A stretch of 63,658 nt of DNA, the filler included, from Olpidium bornovanus S191 (lineage: Eukaryota; Fungi; Olpidiomycota): the NCBI GenBank assembly GCA_017911155.1. It is 30 parts of 30 records of this genome, joined end to end, with 100 filler letters (N's around TTAATTAATTAA, not from the genome) between each part and the next. Parts side by side here need not be neighbours in the genome. Positions count along the whole stretch, not along the records: positions 1 to 1,062 come from JAEFCI010011971.1; positions 1,163 to 2,192 come from JAEFCI010006946.1; positions 2,293 to 3,332 come from JAEFCI010004712.1; positions 3,433 to 6,475 come from JAEFCI010000998.1; positions 6,576 to 9,579 come from JAEFCI010004278.1; positions 9,680 to 11,026 come from JAEFCI010005368.1; positions 11,127 to 12,696 come from JAEFCI010012612.1; 23 more parts are not named here. The stretch is one strand, 5' to 3'. The notes under the pieces were generated by a model. That model saw only the letters and a program-made list of their open reading frames with translations. It was not told the origin of the DNA and made no database searches. How positions within the stretch are numbered: position 1 is the first letter of the stretch; the number at the start of each line of letters is the position of its first letter. The position numbers and the translations under genes are program-made. Shown piece by piece: positions 1 through 11,260 of the stretch.

Positions 1-967
1 CACGACGTTGTCTAGAACCCTCAAGCCTCCCCACTTTTTTGTACGTTCGTCTTTTTTTGTTTCTGCTTTTTTGTTGCCCACATCATAGCTTGTATGTAGG
101 CTCCCCCTACCGCGGCCCGTCGTGTCACAAAAAAAAAACGTAAAAGATGCTGCGTCCTTTGCGGGCCGCACCCCTTCCTTTACCCCCCACCGTCTACTTC
201 CCCCCATCCCCCTTCCGCTTGCGCAGAATCGGAAATCATATTGATTTACACGTAATTTAGCCCACCTGCCGCTCGCAGGGTAGACTTTTTCTTTCCGCCC
301 TCCGGAAACAAAAAGAAAAGCCACCAGAGTTAAAGAAAAAGGGGAAAAATTCGGGGTATACGGAGGAGGCGGTGGTTCCCTTTTTTTGTCTGCTCACGGC
401 TTGGGGTCATAACCTGAACAACGGAGAGAGGAGAACCAAGGGGAGACGAAGGACGCAGGACGACGGCCGCAGAATGGCGCTGTTCGAGGCACCGTGGATT
501 CTATAAGGGGTCTAGGTCTATTTTATATGGCGGAAGTGTGTTTGGATTCTGGGGGACGGGGGAAAGACGATTCCCGGTAGGAGCAGTGCCAGGACGCCCG
601 AACTGCGTCCGGCCCCCCCTTTGAAAAAAAAAAATAGGGGGGGGGGGGGGGGAAAAGGGGGAGAAGGGGGAAGGGGGGGGGGGGGGGGAGGCCGGCGTGA
701 CGCCGGTTTGGCGTGGGGCTTCCGACGAGATTTCGGCCCAGAATTCGCGAAAAAGTGCGGAAAGACTTCGGACGTTTCGGTTTCGAGAACTTTTGCACTC
801 GATCCCCTAAACCTTTTGTCCTCCGCGTTACGATTTCCTTGCCCACTTCGCGCAAGCTCGAAACTCGTCGGGGGTTGCGCGGGCTAAGTGGGAAGGGGGG
901 GACGTTTTGTATACCTTTTGTTTTATTTTTAAATTATCTCGAAAAAAAAAAGAAAACGGCAGGAACG

Positions 968-1018
<51 letters not shown>

Positions 1019-1217
1019 TTTTTAAAAAAAAAAAAAAAAAAGAGAAAAAAGCGGAGGGGGGGNNNNNNNNNNNNNNNNNNNNNNNNNNNNNNNNNNNNNN
1101 NNNNNNTTAATTAATTAANNNNNNNNNNNNNNNNNNNNNNNNNNNNNNNNNNNNNNNNNNNNCATGTGGTTCGCGGGAAGACAAAGGGGGGAAGGGGAGG
1201 AGAATGTAGGAAGAAGA

Positions 1218-1236
1218 GTCACGTGCAAGTCACGTG
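1218..1236. promoter_or_regulatory. Tandem GTCACGTG pair (bHLH E-box, RTCACGTG type)
   Basis: GTCACGTG-CAA-GTCACGTG, with CACGTG cores at 1220 and 1231. Target gene not identified. Confidence 0.35.
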
Positions 1237-2090
1237 GGCAACAAGGGCACCTTTCCCTTAAAATCCCCCCTCCTCCGGGCCCTCACCCCAAAAAGAAAAT
1301 AAATCCCTTGGAAGACCCCCAACCCACACCGCCCGAGGGGACACAACCGGGAGGGGGCAGGAGCGTTCGGCCCCCGTCGCGTTTGAAGAACCGCGCGCGC
1401 CCGCGTCGCCCTTTTTTCCGACTCAAAAAATGCCTTCCGCTCGACCGCCATTCTGCTCCTCACCCACTCCATATTTTATGGAGAGAAAAAAGAAAACAAA
1501 AAGGCGCGCTTTTCAAAGAAAGAAAAAATAATACTTAGCCCTTATTTTGCCCATAAAAGTTCTTCGATTTTATCGCGCATTATATAATCAGCCCTTTAGG
1601 GAGAATTACGGATAAGCTCACGCGGAAGGCCGCGGCCTGATCGTTTCTTGCGATTTCGCTTAGGATCTTCTGGTACTTTTCCTTTCTGTCATCCCATGCT
1701 CGTGCTTGAGAGAACAGGAAGCGCTGCTGCGCGGTGGGAGTAGTGCGCAGGACGTGTCCTCAACGGTTGTTGGGTCTCTGCATGCGCGGGCCGGCGTGCG
1801 CGGTTTCCTTTTTTCGGCGTCCGTTGTTCTCTGCCCCGGCTGGGGAAGAAGCCCCCCGTTTCTGCGCGCAAACGCGAACGAGCAGGAGGGAGAGGAAGGC
1901 GAGTAGAGGAGAGGAGGAGGAGAGGAGAGAAAGAGCGAGTCGTTCCCGAGGCGCGCCCGCCGGGGAGGACCTCCAGAAGGGGTTTGCGATCCGGAGCAAG
2001 AAGATCACGTGATCGGCTCGTCAGGAAGAGCCCGCCCGGGCTGCCCGCGGCGCGCGCATAAAAGGGAGGAGGGCTCCGCACACCCCACCC

Positions 2091-2181
<91 letters not shown>

Positions 2182-2292
2182 CCCCCCCCCGCNNNNNNNN
2201 NNNNNNNNNNNNNNNNNNNNNNNNNNNNNNNNNNNNTTAATTAATTAANNNNNNNNNNNNNNNNNNNNNNNNNNNNNNNNNNNNNNNNNNNN

Positions 2293-3021
2293 CCATGCCT
2301 TGCCGTCGCCGGCGACCGGACCAAGCGTACCTACGAATCGTGCCTTGGTAACGTGCACGATATATCGCACGAAGTCCAGATCAAGCAGTCCGATGATACC
2401 GTACGTAGGTATCTCTTTTTCAATCTTGCTCGAGGTCGGGGCCAGCAGATCGAGCTGAGCTACATTAAAATGAAACAAGTGAAACTCTGTTTCAAAGAAA
2501 CGCACGAAGCCTTGGATCGGCGGGAGGAGAGCGGAATGGTGGCCGACCAGTCCCGACCGACACGTGCTGCCTTCGGAATAACTGTGCCGCGCCCCACCCT
2601 CTGCCTCACCCCGGGCTCCCGCGCGCGCGCGGGCGGCCGGCTCTTGATCGCCGCTGCTTTCCTTTCTTCGTTTTTTTTTTTTTTTTTTTCTCCTGCTCCT
2701 CACCTTCAAGAGTCGTGGACCCGTCCTCGTGCAAAACCAGGCACTGGGGGTCGGCTGGCGCCGCGGCGGAGGGTCTGCGCGGCGGCTCGGAGCGGGGACG
2801 CGGCGGGACCGTGACGACGACGGGGATCGCCGGATGAGGAGGAGGAGAAAGTTGGGGGCCCGGGGGACGGCCGTCCAGGGATACCGCGCCTGCGCCGCCT
2901 GCTCCGCCGCCGACGCCGCGCCGCGCCGGGCGGTTTCTGGTCAGCTTCGCGGGCTGCACGACCACGGACTTGTTCTGGCACACGAATATGCACGCGTCGT
3001 CCTCGTGCAGGAGGCACTCGT
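2293..3021 (-). CDS. SAC-domain phosphoinositide phosphatase, N-terminal exons (partial)
   Basis: Exon peptide EKEIPTYGIIGLLDLDFVRYIVHVTKARFVGTL resembles the SAC N-terminal pattern YGIxGxxxL...YLIVxTxxxxVGxx. Upstream exon DECLLHEDD...LHEDGSTTLE ends in a GTGAG donor. Truncated at contig end. Confidence 0.55.
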
Positions 3022-3201
3022 CTGTGAAGGGCGCGGGAACGGCGAGTGTGTGGGTGTGCGGAGGGGGGGGGGGGATCAACCCGGTTTTTTTTGGTTTTTT
3101 TTTTTTTATTTCCCCCCCCCCCTTTCCCGGCCAAAGAGTTTTCGCACGCCTTTTTTTTTGGTGTTTGCGCGCCCGCGGGAACGCCTCGCCGAGGAAGCCG
3201 G

Positions 3202-3240
<39 letters not shown>

Positions 3241-4093
3241 CCCCCCTCTCCCCCCCCCCCCCCCCCACCCCCCCCATCCCCGCCATCCCCGCCATGCCCG
3301 CCATGCCCGCCATGCCGCCCATGCCGCCATGCNNNNNNNNNNNNNNNNNNNNNNNNNNNNNNNNNNNNNNNNNNNNTTAATTAATTAANNNNNNNNNNNN
3401 NNNNNNNNNNNNNNNNNNNNNNNNNNNNNNNNCATGGGGCAATCGGGGTTAAAACCGCGCGAAGACGTTGCATCGACGTGCGACGGACAGTGCGGAAAAG
3501 GACGGGGTGTGTTGCATCGGCTCTGCACCTGAACTCGCCTCCAAATGCTCCTTACTCCTGACTACTCAAGGGCTGCCCCGGCAGCAGATTGCAGTGCGGG
3601 CGGGGCGGGGCGGGGCGGGGCGGGGCGCGGCGCGGCGGGGGTCCCCGGCCGCAACAAGAATTTCGCCGCAAAACGCCTTGAGAAAAAAAAAACCACCACC
3701 ACCCCCCCTCCCCCATCCCCGGAACAAACGGGCGGAAAAAGACCCGGAGAGCGACGGAAAGGCCGCACCTGGGAGGAGGAGGAGGAAGAAGGAGGACGAG
3801 GAGGACGAGGAGGACGAGGAGGACGAGGAGGGGAACCGCCGCCGGCGCTGTCCAACACACGGCGGCCGTACGACGGCCCCGTGGGCGGCCTGGCGGCCCG
3901 CAGGCGAGAATACGTGCGGTCGCCGACGTTTCCTCGGCGCCGGGTGTGCTGACCGACCGGCGGGAGGCTCCCGCCTTCACTTCCCCGTAATCCCGCCCCT
4001 CTTTCGCAGGCCCGCCCGCCCGCCGGTCGACGGCCCTCGGTGCCCACACGAAAACTTCGGCCCGGGTCTTTGCCGCGGTCGACTGCGGTAAAA

Positions 4094-6121
4094 ATGGCGA
4101 GCGCCGAGCCGGTCGCAGGGTCGGACAACCCCCCGGCGGTCAGCAAGTACCGCATCTTCAATCCGCCCGAGGTCACCAACGCCGGCCCCGCCCACGAGTG
4201 CAAGCAGCCGCGCGGGACGCCCCGGCACCCCCGATCCGAACAAGCGGACGGCTGCGGATCGGAGGTGCACGGGGACCGCACGTGGCATCCCCTCCGGAGC
4301 ACAGTGACCGCGGGACCGGCCGCCGATCAGTGCAGGCCCTTCGCGGCCGCCGTTGCCTCCTCCGCTCGGCCGACGTCGTCGTCCGAATCCAGGATGGACA
4401 ACCTCCGGTTCTCGGCGATCCACTGCGCGGCCGGCGCGGCGAACGCCGAGCGGGCGTGCAGGAGGAGGCAGGACGGCGGCAAGGGCGCGAAGAAGCGGCG
4501 GTCGAGCTCGCCCGAATTGTGGGGGGGCGAGGCGCTGTGCGGCTGGACCACGCCGCCGTCTTCGGCCCACGGGGTCGGCACGAAGGACCTGTTTGCGCTG
4601 CTACACGCCCGGAGGGTCCGAGCCCCGATGGACTACACGAGGCCGTCCTCACCTGCGCCGGACGCGGCTGGCACCGTCCGCGACGTCAGAGCCGCCCCTG
4701 CTCCAACGAGGAAGACGGGACGGACGGCTGCCGTTGCCGCGCCAAACCCTGCCGATCAACCCGACACGTCACCGTCGGGAGCGGGCGCGGCGCGGCCGGC
4801 TGACCCCGCGGTAACTGAGACGGAGAGCCGATCGGCTCCGCAATCCGCAAGCCAAAACCCCTACACCGAACTTCTGTGCCCCCCGCTCGAAGCTCGGCGG
4901 CAAATCCCCGACCATCCTTCTCCCGCTCCTCCCGTTCCTTCCGTTCCCCCCGTCCAGCGGCAGTTCGCCGGCGAGGCAGCAGCTGGACGAGTGCGCTCCG
5001 CGTCGGCGAGACCCATTGCAAAACCCAGGATTTGGGGCCCGTTCGCCGCGCGGCAGCGGAAGCTGACGATAATCGAGTGCGGCAACGATCTCGCAATGAC
5101 CGTCAGGCGGGACGACAGCGAAGAGGAAAAGATAAAGGAGGCGAAAGCCTTCAAAGAACAAAAGCGGGCAGAACGCTATGCGATGAGGGAGCTCAGGAAG
5201 ATCTTCCCGCCCTTGCTCCCCCGGGGCGGCCGCGAATCCGCCGTCACGAATAACAACCTCCCCCGCGCCAATAACCTGAAGATGGGGATCAAAGGCGAGC
5301 CGCCGCCCCGCGCTGCTGCCTTCAGGAACCCCGCCAGTCAAGCATTAATTGGCGGCCAGGGCGGACCTGTGCATTCCGATAAGGCTAACGGGGATAATTT
5401 TGATGATGCCGACAGGAACAGCGAAGGGACGCGACAACCCACCGATCTGGATTTTTCCTGCGTAAACTACGTTGCCCAGCTAAACCGTCAGCTCTTTGCC
5501 CGGATCGGAAATGAGGTGCGTGTGGTTCTCGCTCGCTCCCGGCGGCAGGCGAAACGCTCAAGGACGATAGGTCGACGGATATGTACACTCTCGGATCTAA
5601 CGGACCGTCTGCGTCGGGCCGTTTTGAAGCGCGAAGCCACTTCCGAGAAACCCGTCCCGCCGACGCACGCCCTGTTCCGGCACGAGCTGGCGTTCACCAA
5701 GCCCCCGCGGGAGGACCCCGCGGACACCACTTTCTTTGCAACGGCGAGCACGCCAGACCTGTCCGCTCCGCCGGCGTGGAGCTCTCGGACACGGTCGAAC
5801 TCTGACCCGACCACCAAACTGCCCCGTCTCATCGTAGGCACGGGACTTCTGCAGCAAACTCCTCCGGAACGACAGCCGCGTCCTCGGCCGGACCGGGCGT
5901 CGCAGCCGGGGGCGGCCAACTCCGCGCACGTGCCCACGGGCGGGATGGTTTTCGGCGAGGCGGCGATTATCGCCGAGCGAGCCAAGCGCGGCAGGGATCC
6001 GGCGGCGGGCGTTGCGCGCGCGGGACGGTACTGCGTCCTCGGGCCGAAAGCAAAAATGCCGGAGTGGATGGGCGGTTTGGCGCTCAGCCTCAGCACGTCG
6101 CTTAGTCTGATGAGAGGGTAG
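4094..6121 (+). CDS. Hypothetical protein (long apparently intronless ORF, mostly disordered P/A/R/S-rich)
   Basis: Uninterrupted ORF with ATG at 4094 in AAAATGG context and stop at 6121. No domain recognised. Long chance ORFs occur at this GC content. Confidence 0.5.
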   Translation: MASAEPVAGSDNPPAVSKYRIFNPPEVTNAGPAHECKQPRGTPRHPRSEQADGCGSEVHGDRTWHPLRSTVTAGPAADQCRPFAAAVASSARPTSSSESRMDNLRFSAIHCAAGAANAERACRRRQDGGKGAKKRRSSSPELWGGEALCGWTTPPSSAHGVGTKDLFALLHARRVRAPMDYTRPSSPAPDAAGTVRDVRAAPAPTRKTGRTAAVAAPNPADQPDTSPSGAGAARPADPAVTETESRSAPQSASQNPYTELLCPPLEARRQIPDHPSPAPPVPSVPPVQRQFAGEAAAGRVRSASARPIAKPRIWGPFAARQRKLTIIECGNDLAMTVRRDDSEEEKIKEAKAFKEQKRAERYAMRELRKIFPPLLPRGGRESAVTNNNLPRANNLKMGIKGEPPPRAAAFRNPASQALIGGQGGPVHSDKANGDNFDDADRNSEGTRQPTDLDFSCVNYVAQLNRQLFARIGNEVRVVLARSRRQAKRSRTIGRRICTLSDLTDRLRRAVLKREATSEKPVPPTHALFRHELAFTKPPREDPADTTFFATASTPDLSAPPAWSSRTRSNSDPTTKLPRLIVGTGLLQQTPPERQPRPRPDRASQPGAANSAHVPTGGMVFGEAAIIAERAKRGRDPAAGVARAGRYCVLGPKAKMPEWMGGLALSLSTSLSLMRG

Positions 6122-6575
6122 ACATGTCCGCGGGGGTCCTTCCGCATTTTATTCCGTTTCGGCGTTTCTGCCCGCCCAACTTTTGCAGAACCTTCTGCCT
6201 TCCTTTTCGCAGCCATATTTTTAATAGACAGATATAGTAGATCAAACATGCACGCCCAAGAGGGGGAAAAAAAAAGGAACAACGTGTTAGACGTCAGCCG
6301 ACCCGCCGCAGACAAACAACACGGAGTTGAAGCGCAGACGGCGAGAGCAGAGCTCCGCATTTTTTTTTTTTTTTTTTTTTTTTTTTCCCCGGTTTTTTTT
6401 GGGTGCCGCGGGGGCCCGGGGGGGGATGGCGAGGGGGCTCTTGCGGCGCTGTAGGGGGGGGGGGTTCCCCCTCAANNNNNNNNNNNNNNNNNNNNNNNNN
6501 NNNNNNNNNNNNNNNNNNNTTAATTAATTAANNNNNNNNNNNNNNNNNNNNNNNNNNNNNNNNNNNNNNNNNNNN

Positions 6576-7233
6576 CACTTTGCGATTGCGGCCGCCGTTG
6601 CAAGTCGTGATGAGGTCTGCGACGCCACACGACTCGAAGAACGTCTCGTCCTTGACGCCCTGGTAGAAGACCTTGGCAAATTTGCGCATCTCCATGAGCC
6701 CAATGCGAATCAGAGCCGCTTTCGTGTTGTCACCGTATCTGGGTTCCGAAGCAATGTGAACCAGAGTGCGCCCTTTCCTTGGCACAGCAGACCTACGCCG
6801 CTGACGGATATTGCCGGGGTTAAAGTCAACTCACTTCAGCCCGTCGCTCAATCCCGCGCCGATCGCGACGACGTTCTGCGCTCCGCAAATTGCGTGGCCC
6901 GGGAAGAGTCATCAATTCCGATCAGCAATCCGCTGCCGCCGGCGTCCCGTGCTTGCTCGAATCGTCCTTCCGCGGCCCACCCCCGGGAAAAAGACGCAGT
7001 TCCACCTTCAGCGCTCCACAGAGCTCAACCCCCGCGACGTCTTTAACGGTGCTGACCCGGAAGTATTTCGTGTGGAAGAGCTGCTGGAAAAGCCTGCCTG
7101 CCTCCTCGTCGTGGTAACCGAGCGTGGCTTCGGCCAATTGTTCCTGGCGACGGCGGGTCCGCACCAGCCACGGAGACCGCGAGGTCAGGTCGTCGAACCG
7201 GTTGCAGAGGAGATGTCCGGAAGATCCTTTTTT

Positions 7234-7267
<34 letters not shown>

Positions 7268-8377
7268 AAAAACGGGCACGCCTACGCAGGCGGTTTCGGT
7301 GTCATTACCTGGGCGACTTCGTTGGCGATATTGGCTCCCATCAGTACGGCGCAATCCATGCCGAGCTCCTGCTTGATCAGGTCCGAGATGAGGCCAAGGC
7401 CGCCCGCGTGAACGTCGACGCCCTTGATCAGGGATATGGCCCGGCAGTTTGGCAGCAGATGCCCGCGGAGGTTGTCGCATGTCTTTTTCACGAACTGCGG
7501 TGGACCGTTTTCGTTAGAGCGCGTCGGCCATTCGAATCATGGCTCATCCGCGTTCTCAGGGGCCTCGGCCAGTGCCCATCTGTTTGTCCTGTGTGTCTAA
7601 CCTGGTGAGGAATAACAAATACGAGCAGTGTGGCGTCCTCCGCCGCCGCCAGCAGATCCGGGACTGCGACAACGTTTTCCGGAATCGTGATACCGGGGAG
7701 GTACCTGAACCGAGACAGATCAACCGAACAAAAGGCCGATTATCGGTCAAGGATGCTCCTGCAATTATTTTGAATGGCAACGCAGGTTATCCGCCCAAAC
7801 GTGCGCGGGATCAGGAAGGATTGTCCAGGAAGGATTGTCCCCAGGATGCAGTGAAGGTTTTCAACCGGAAAAAGCAGAAAAAAACAGCGAAAAATAAAAA
7901 AAACAATTAGAATAAAAAAGGATACTTGACGTTCTCGTGCTTTTCATTAATGATCTCGGTAAGCTTCTTCCCGTCAATCTCCTCTTCGAAGACCCACATC
8001 TTGACAGTCTTATCAAACTTAGCCCGGTCCGCCAAAACGTTACGGCCAACGATTTTCGCGATGGCAGAACCCCTTGCGGGACACCGGACGGGTCGGATAG
8101 AAGACGACGGATGAAAAGCGGACCCAGAAAACGGTGGGGCACACCGACCGACCGTCCGAGTCTGCCAGGAGCAAGGGGCAAACGGGCATCTCGACGTCAA
8201 AAGAAACAAGGGGGCCCAAAGGTAGAGAACAACTGCTCACCAGTTGCCGCTGCCCACGAGGCAGACTTTGTGCGGGCCGGCCATCGTTTCCTTCTTTGGC
8301 AAGGCGGAAGCGGCGGCCTTCTCCGACCCGGGAGGCTCGCCGGCCTTTTTCTTGTTGACGGAAACGGACGAACCCAT
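6576..8377 (-). CDS. GPD1: NAD-dependent glycerol-3-phosphate dehydrogenase (spliced, 3' truncated)
   Basis: Spliced peptides [10 protein letters not shown]|[69 protein letters not shown]|[45 protein letters not shown]. Intron 1 is 8240-8073. Confidence 0.97.
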
Positions 8378-8607
8378 GTGTGGCGGCCGGGTGGAGCAGA
8401 CGGCGACAGCCTGCTCTTGTACAATCGCTGTTCTCGGACTCCCTCTGGCGTGCTTTGGCTGTCCCTTTGGCCGGAAAGGGGTTCCGCTGCAGCCGCCGAC
8501 CTTTTCGGCTCACAAATTGTTTTTTTTTTTTTTTTTTTTGCACTCTTTCTGCTTCTTTTCTTTACCTATGTAGCTTCTTTTTTTCCTTCTTTCTTGCCGA
8601 TTTCGGA

Positions 8608-8644
<37 letters not shown>

Positions 8645-8720
8645 CCTTTTGTTTTCACAACGAGCGGGGTAGTTCAGTTAATCACCGTGGGCGGTCGATA
8701 ATTCGCGATGCCTCCAAACA

Positions 8721-8740
8721 GATCACGTGCACTCACGTGC
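8721..8740. promoter_or_regulatory. Tandem TCACGTG E-box pair about 350 bp upstream of the GPD1 ATG
   Basis: GATCACGTGCACTCACGTGC, with CACGTG cores at 8724 and 8734, on the same contig as GPD1. Confidence 0.4.
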
Positions 8741-9868
8741 TATCCCGAGGTTCCGCGTTTCGTTGGAGAAAAACAAGCTGCCCCCCCCCCCACAAAAAAA
8801 AAAATTTTTTTCTTCTCCCCCGTCCCGCTTCCGCCGTGCCTCCCCGCCGTCGCAACTCCGCCGCTGCGCTTCCGCCATCAGCGCTCGTCGCCCTTCGCCG
8901 CGACACCCTCGTCATCCCCGCCGTCGCGCACCACGCGCCGCCGCCGCGCCGCCGCCGCGTTCCGCTTTGCGATAGCGCCCTTGTGATAGCGCCTTTGCGA
9001 CCCCGCGCCCGCTCTCCTAACCCTTCCCGGCGCCACTCTCCAAAAAAAAAAATAAGAAAACAAGCTTTCGCGGCGTTCTCTCCGCCTGTCGCCGCGCTTC
9101 CGCCGTCGCCCCCGCCGCGGCCCGCCATCCGCGCACGCCGCCTTACGCTGTCGCCGCTCTGTCACCAGCCCGCGTCCCGCCGCGCTTCCGCCGCCGCGCC
9201 CCCGCCCGCCGCGCTCCCCTTCGCCGTAGCCTGTGAAGAGAGACGCGCCGTCCCGGGAGAGCGCGTCAGCAGACGCACGGACGCGGGCCTTCGGCGGTTG
9301 GCCACCGCGCGAAGGGCTAAGTTCTTGGTCTTATCTGGGAACTCTGCCAGAGGGGCGTCGTCGATCCTCCGTTGGGGTGTGCGTCTGGAAGGCCAAATCG
9401 CACGTGTCTTGATCAGCAAGGTTCTTCTAGATACATGCGCAAGTGGCCTTCTGAGTCCAAGTGATCGACTGTCCATTGGCCTCGATCACATGCACACTAC
9501 AAAACTGTACATCGCAACGGACTCCATCAGCACAAACACCGGAGGAACGAGAACGCTATTCATAAACGTCTCTCATGAANNNNNNNNNNNNNNNNNNNNN
9601 NNNNNNNNNNNNNNNNNNNNNNNTTAATTAATTAANNNNNNNNNNNNNNNNNNNNNNNNNNNNNNNNNNNNNNNNNNNNGGCGGCGGCGGCGGCGAAAAG
9701 CGGCTGCGGCTGCCGGCAAAAAACGGCGGAAAAAAAACGCAGCGGCGGCGGCGAAAGGTGGCGGCGAACGCGCGGCGGCGGCGGCGGCGAAAAGGGGGTG
9801 CGGCTGCCGGCAAAAAAAGGGGGAAAAAAGGGGGGGGGGGGGGGGAAGGGGGGGGGGGGGCCCCCCCG

Positions 9869-9903
<35 letters not shown>

Positions 9904-10307
9904 CGTTGCCCACCTGGGGGAGGAGGGGGGGGGATGGTGGGGGAGCATGCTCTAAAATTCCAGTGCCTTTTTCGGGGGAGAAGGAGAGCGCCGCCGGCTC
10001 ATGTATTCCGTGATTCTACCCGGTTCAAAAGAGAGGAGTTCAGGGGTAAAAATCGGCGGGCGAAGTGCTCCGTGCTCCCCCTGGGACCCCCTTTCTTTCT
10101 CGTCACATGCGTGTCGGGCTGTGAGGGCGGAAGTGACGCTGTGAGATCTCGAAACCCGCCCCTTTTCTTTTTATGCTCTTTTCCGAACGGGCTCGTTTTC
10201 GAATTCCCGCGCGCTGCCGTCGTTTCTTGCCTCGCGCCCGCTCGCTGCGGCGTGCCGAAAACGCGGGCCCCCTCCCCAAATAAGAAACCCCACGCAAGTG
10301 GGAAACG

Positions 10308-10341
<34 letters not shown>

Positions 10342-10369
10342 CACCCCCCCCCCCCCCCGGGGTTTTTTT

Positions 10370-10404
<35 letters not shown>

Positions 10405-10817
10405 CCCATGCGCGCGCCGGGGAGACCAGACCCGTAAACATTTTCCCCTGGTGGCCCACGTCGCGATTGTAAAATCTCATTTTTGATTTATTTATTTTTC
10501 TTTTCCTCTACCCCCCCCCCCCCACCCCCCTCCGTGATCCCTCTTCCGTGGCAACGGGGTGGGGTGGAACGCATAACCGAGAAAGCTGCCGCGGGCACCC
10601 CCATTCCTCGCCCCTCCCTCTCCCTCCCGCTCTCTCGTCACGCTTTTCCCGTCTCCCGCCGGGCTTCCGGCGCCGCCTTCCGAGGCCCTCCCGGCCGTCA
10701 AAATCCGCCGGGCTTCTTCTCCATCTTCCTCACTCCTCCCGACGAGCCAGACTCCTCCAGGCCAAGGGCCAGGTCCAGCTCACTTGTTTCTGCAAAACTG
10801 CAAATATCATCTGATCA

Positions 10818-10891
10818 GCGCTCATAGCGAAGTGGTTTAACGCGTCTGGCTTCGAACCAGAAGGTCGCGGGTTCGACCCCCGCTGAGCGCG
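10818..10891 (+). tRNA. tRNA-Arg(TCG)
   Basis: Cloverleaf: acceptor GCGCTCA/TGAGCGC, D-arm GCG/CGC, anticodon stem TCTGG/CCAGA with loop CT-TCG-AA, T-arm GCGGG-TTCGACC-CCCGC, discriminator G. T-runs follow downstream. Confidence 0.96.
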
Positions 10892-11260
10892 CTCTGCCGC
10901 CATTTGTTTCAGCGGCAAATTTCTTTTTTTGATTCTTTCGAAGAAGCCCGGGAACCTGTCGCTGGCGCGCAGTGCGCACCGGAAAGAACGAGAAATTCTT
11001 TTTTCTGTCTCCTTCTACCAACCCCCNNNNNNNNNNNNNNNNNNNNNNNNNNNNNNNNNNNNNNNNNNNNTTAATTAATTAANNNNNNNNNNNNNNNNNN
11101 NNNNNNNNNNNNNNNNNNNNNNNNNNAAAAAAAAAAAAAATTGCGCGCAACTGCTGTGAGAACGGCTGCGTGACCCTCTCCACCCGCCGACACCACCGCC
11201 ACGCTAACTCTCTCCCCGCACGCGAACTGCCGTCATCAAAACGTTCTTCTTCGGCCCCCG

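Noticed and set aside
1-16. CACGACGTTGT resembles part of the M13 forward primer region
   Set aside because: Only 11 nt match before diverging, and there is no other vector sequence.
1107-1118. TTAATTAATTAA recurring 29 times as a repeat or CRISPR-like array
   Set aside because: It is always centred in 44+44 N and is a six-frame-stop linker.
523-3388. Many track ORFs rich in poly-G/P/K/F or running into X
   Set aside because: They are translations of homopolymers and N spacers in GC-rich DNA. The same applies to similar ORFs throughout the window.
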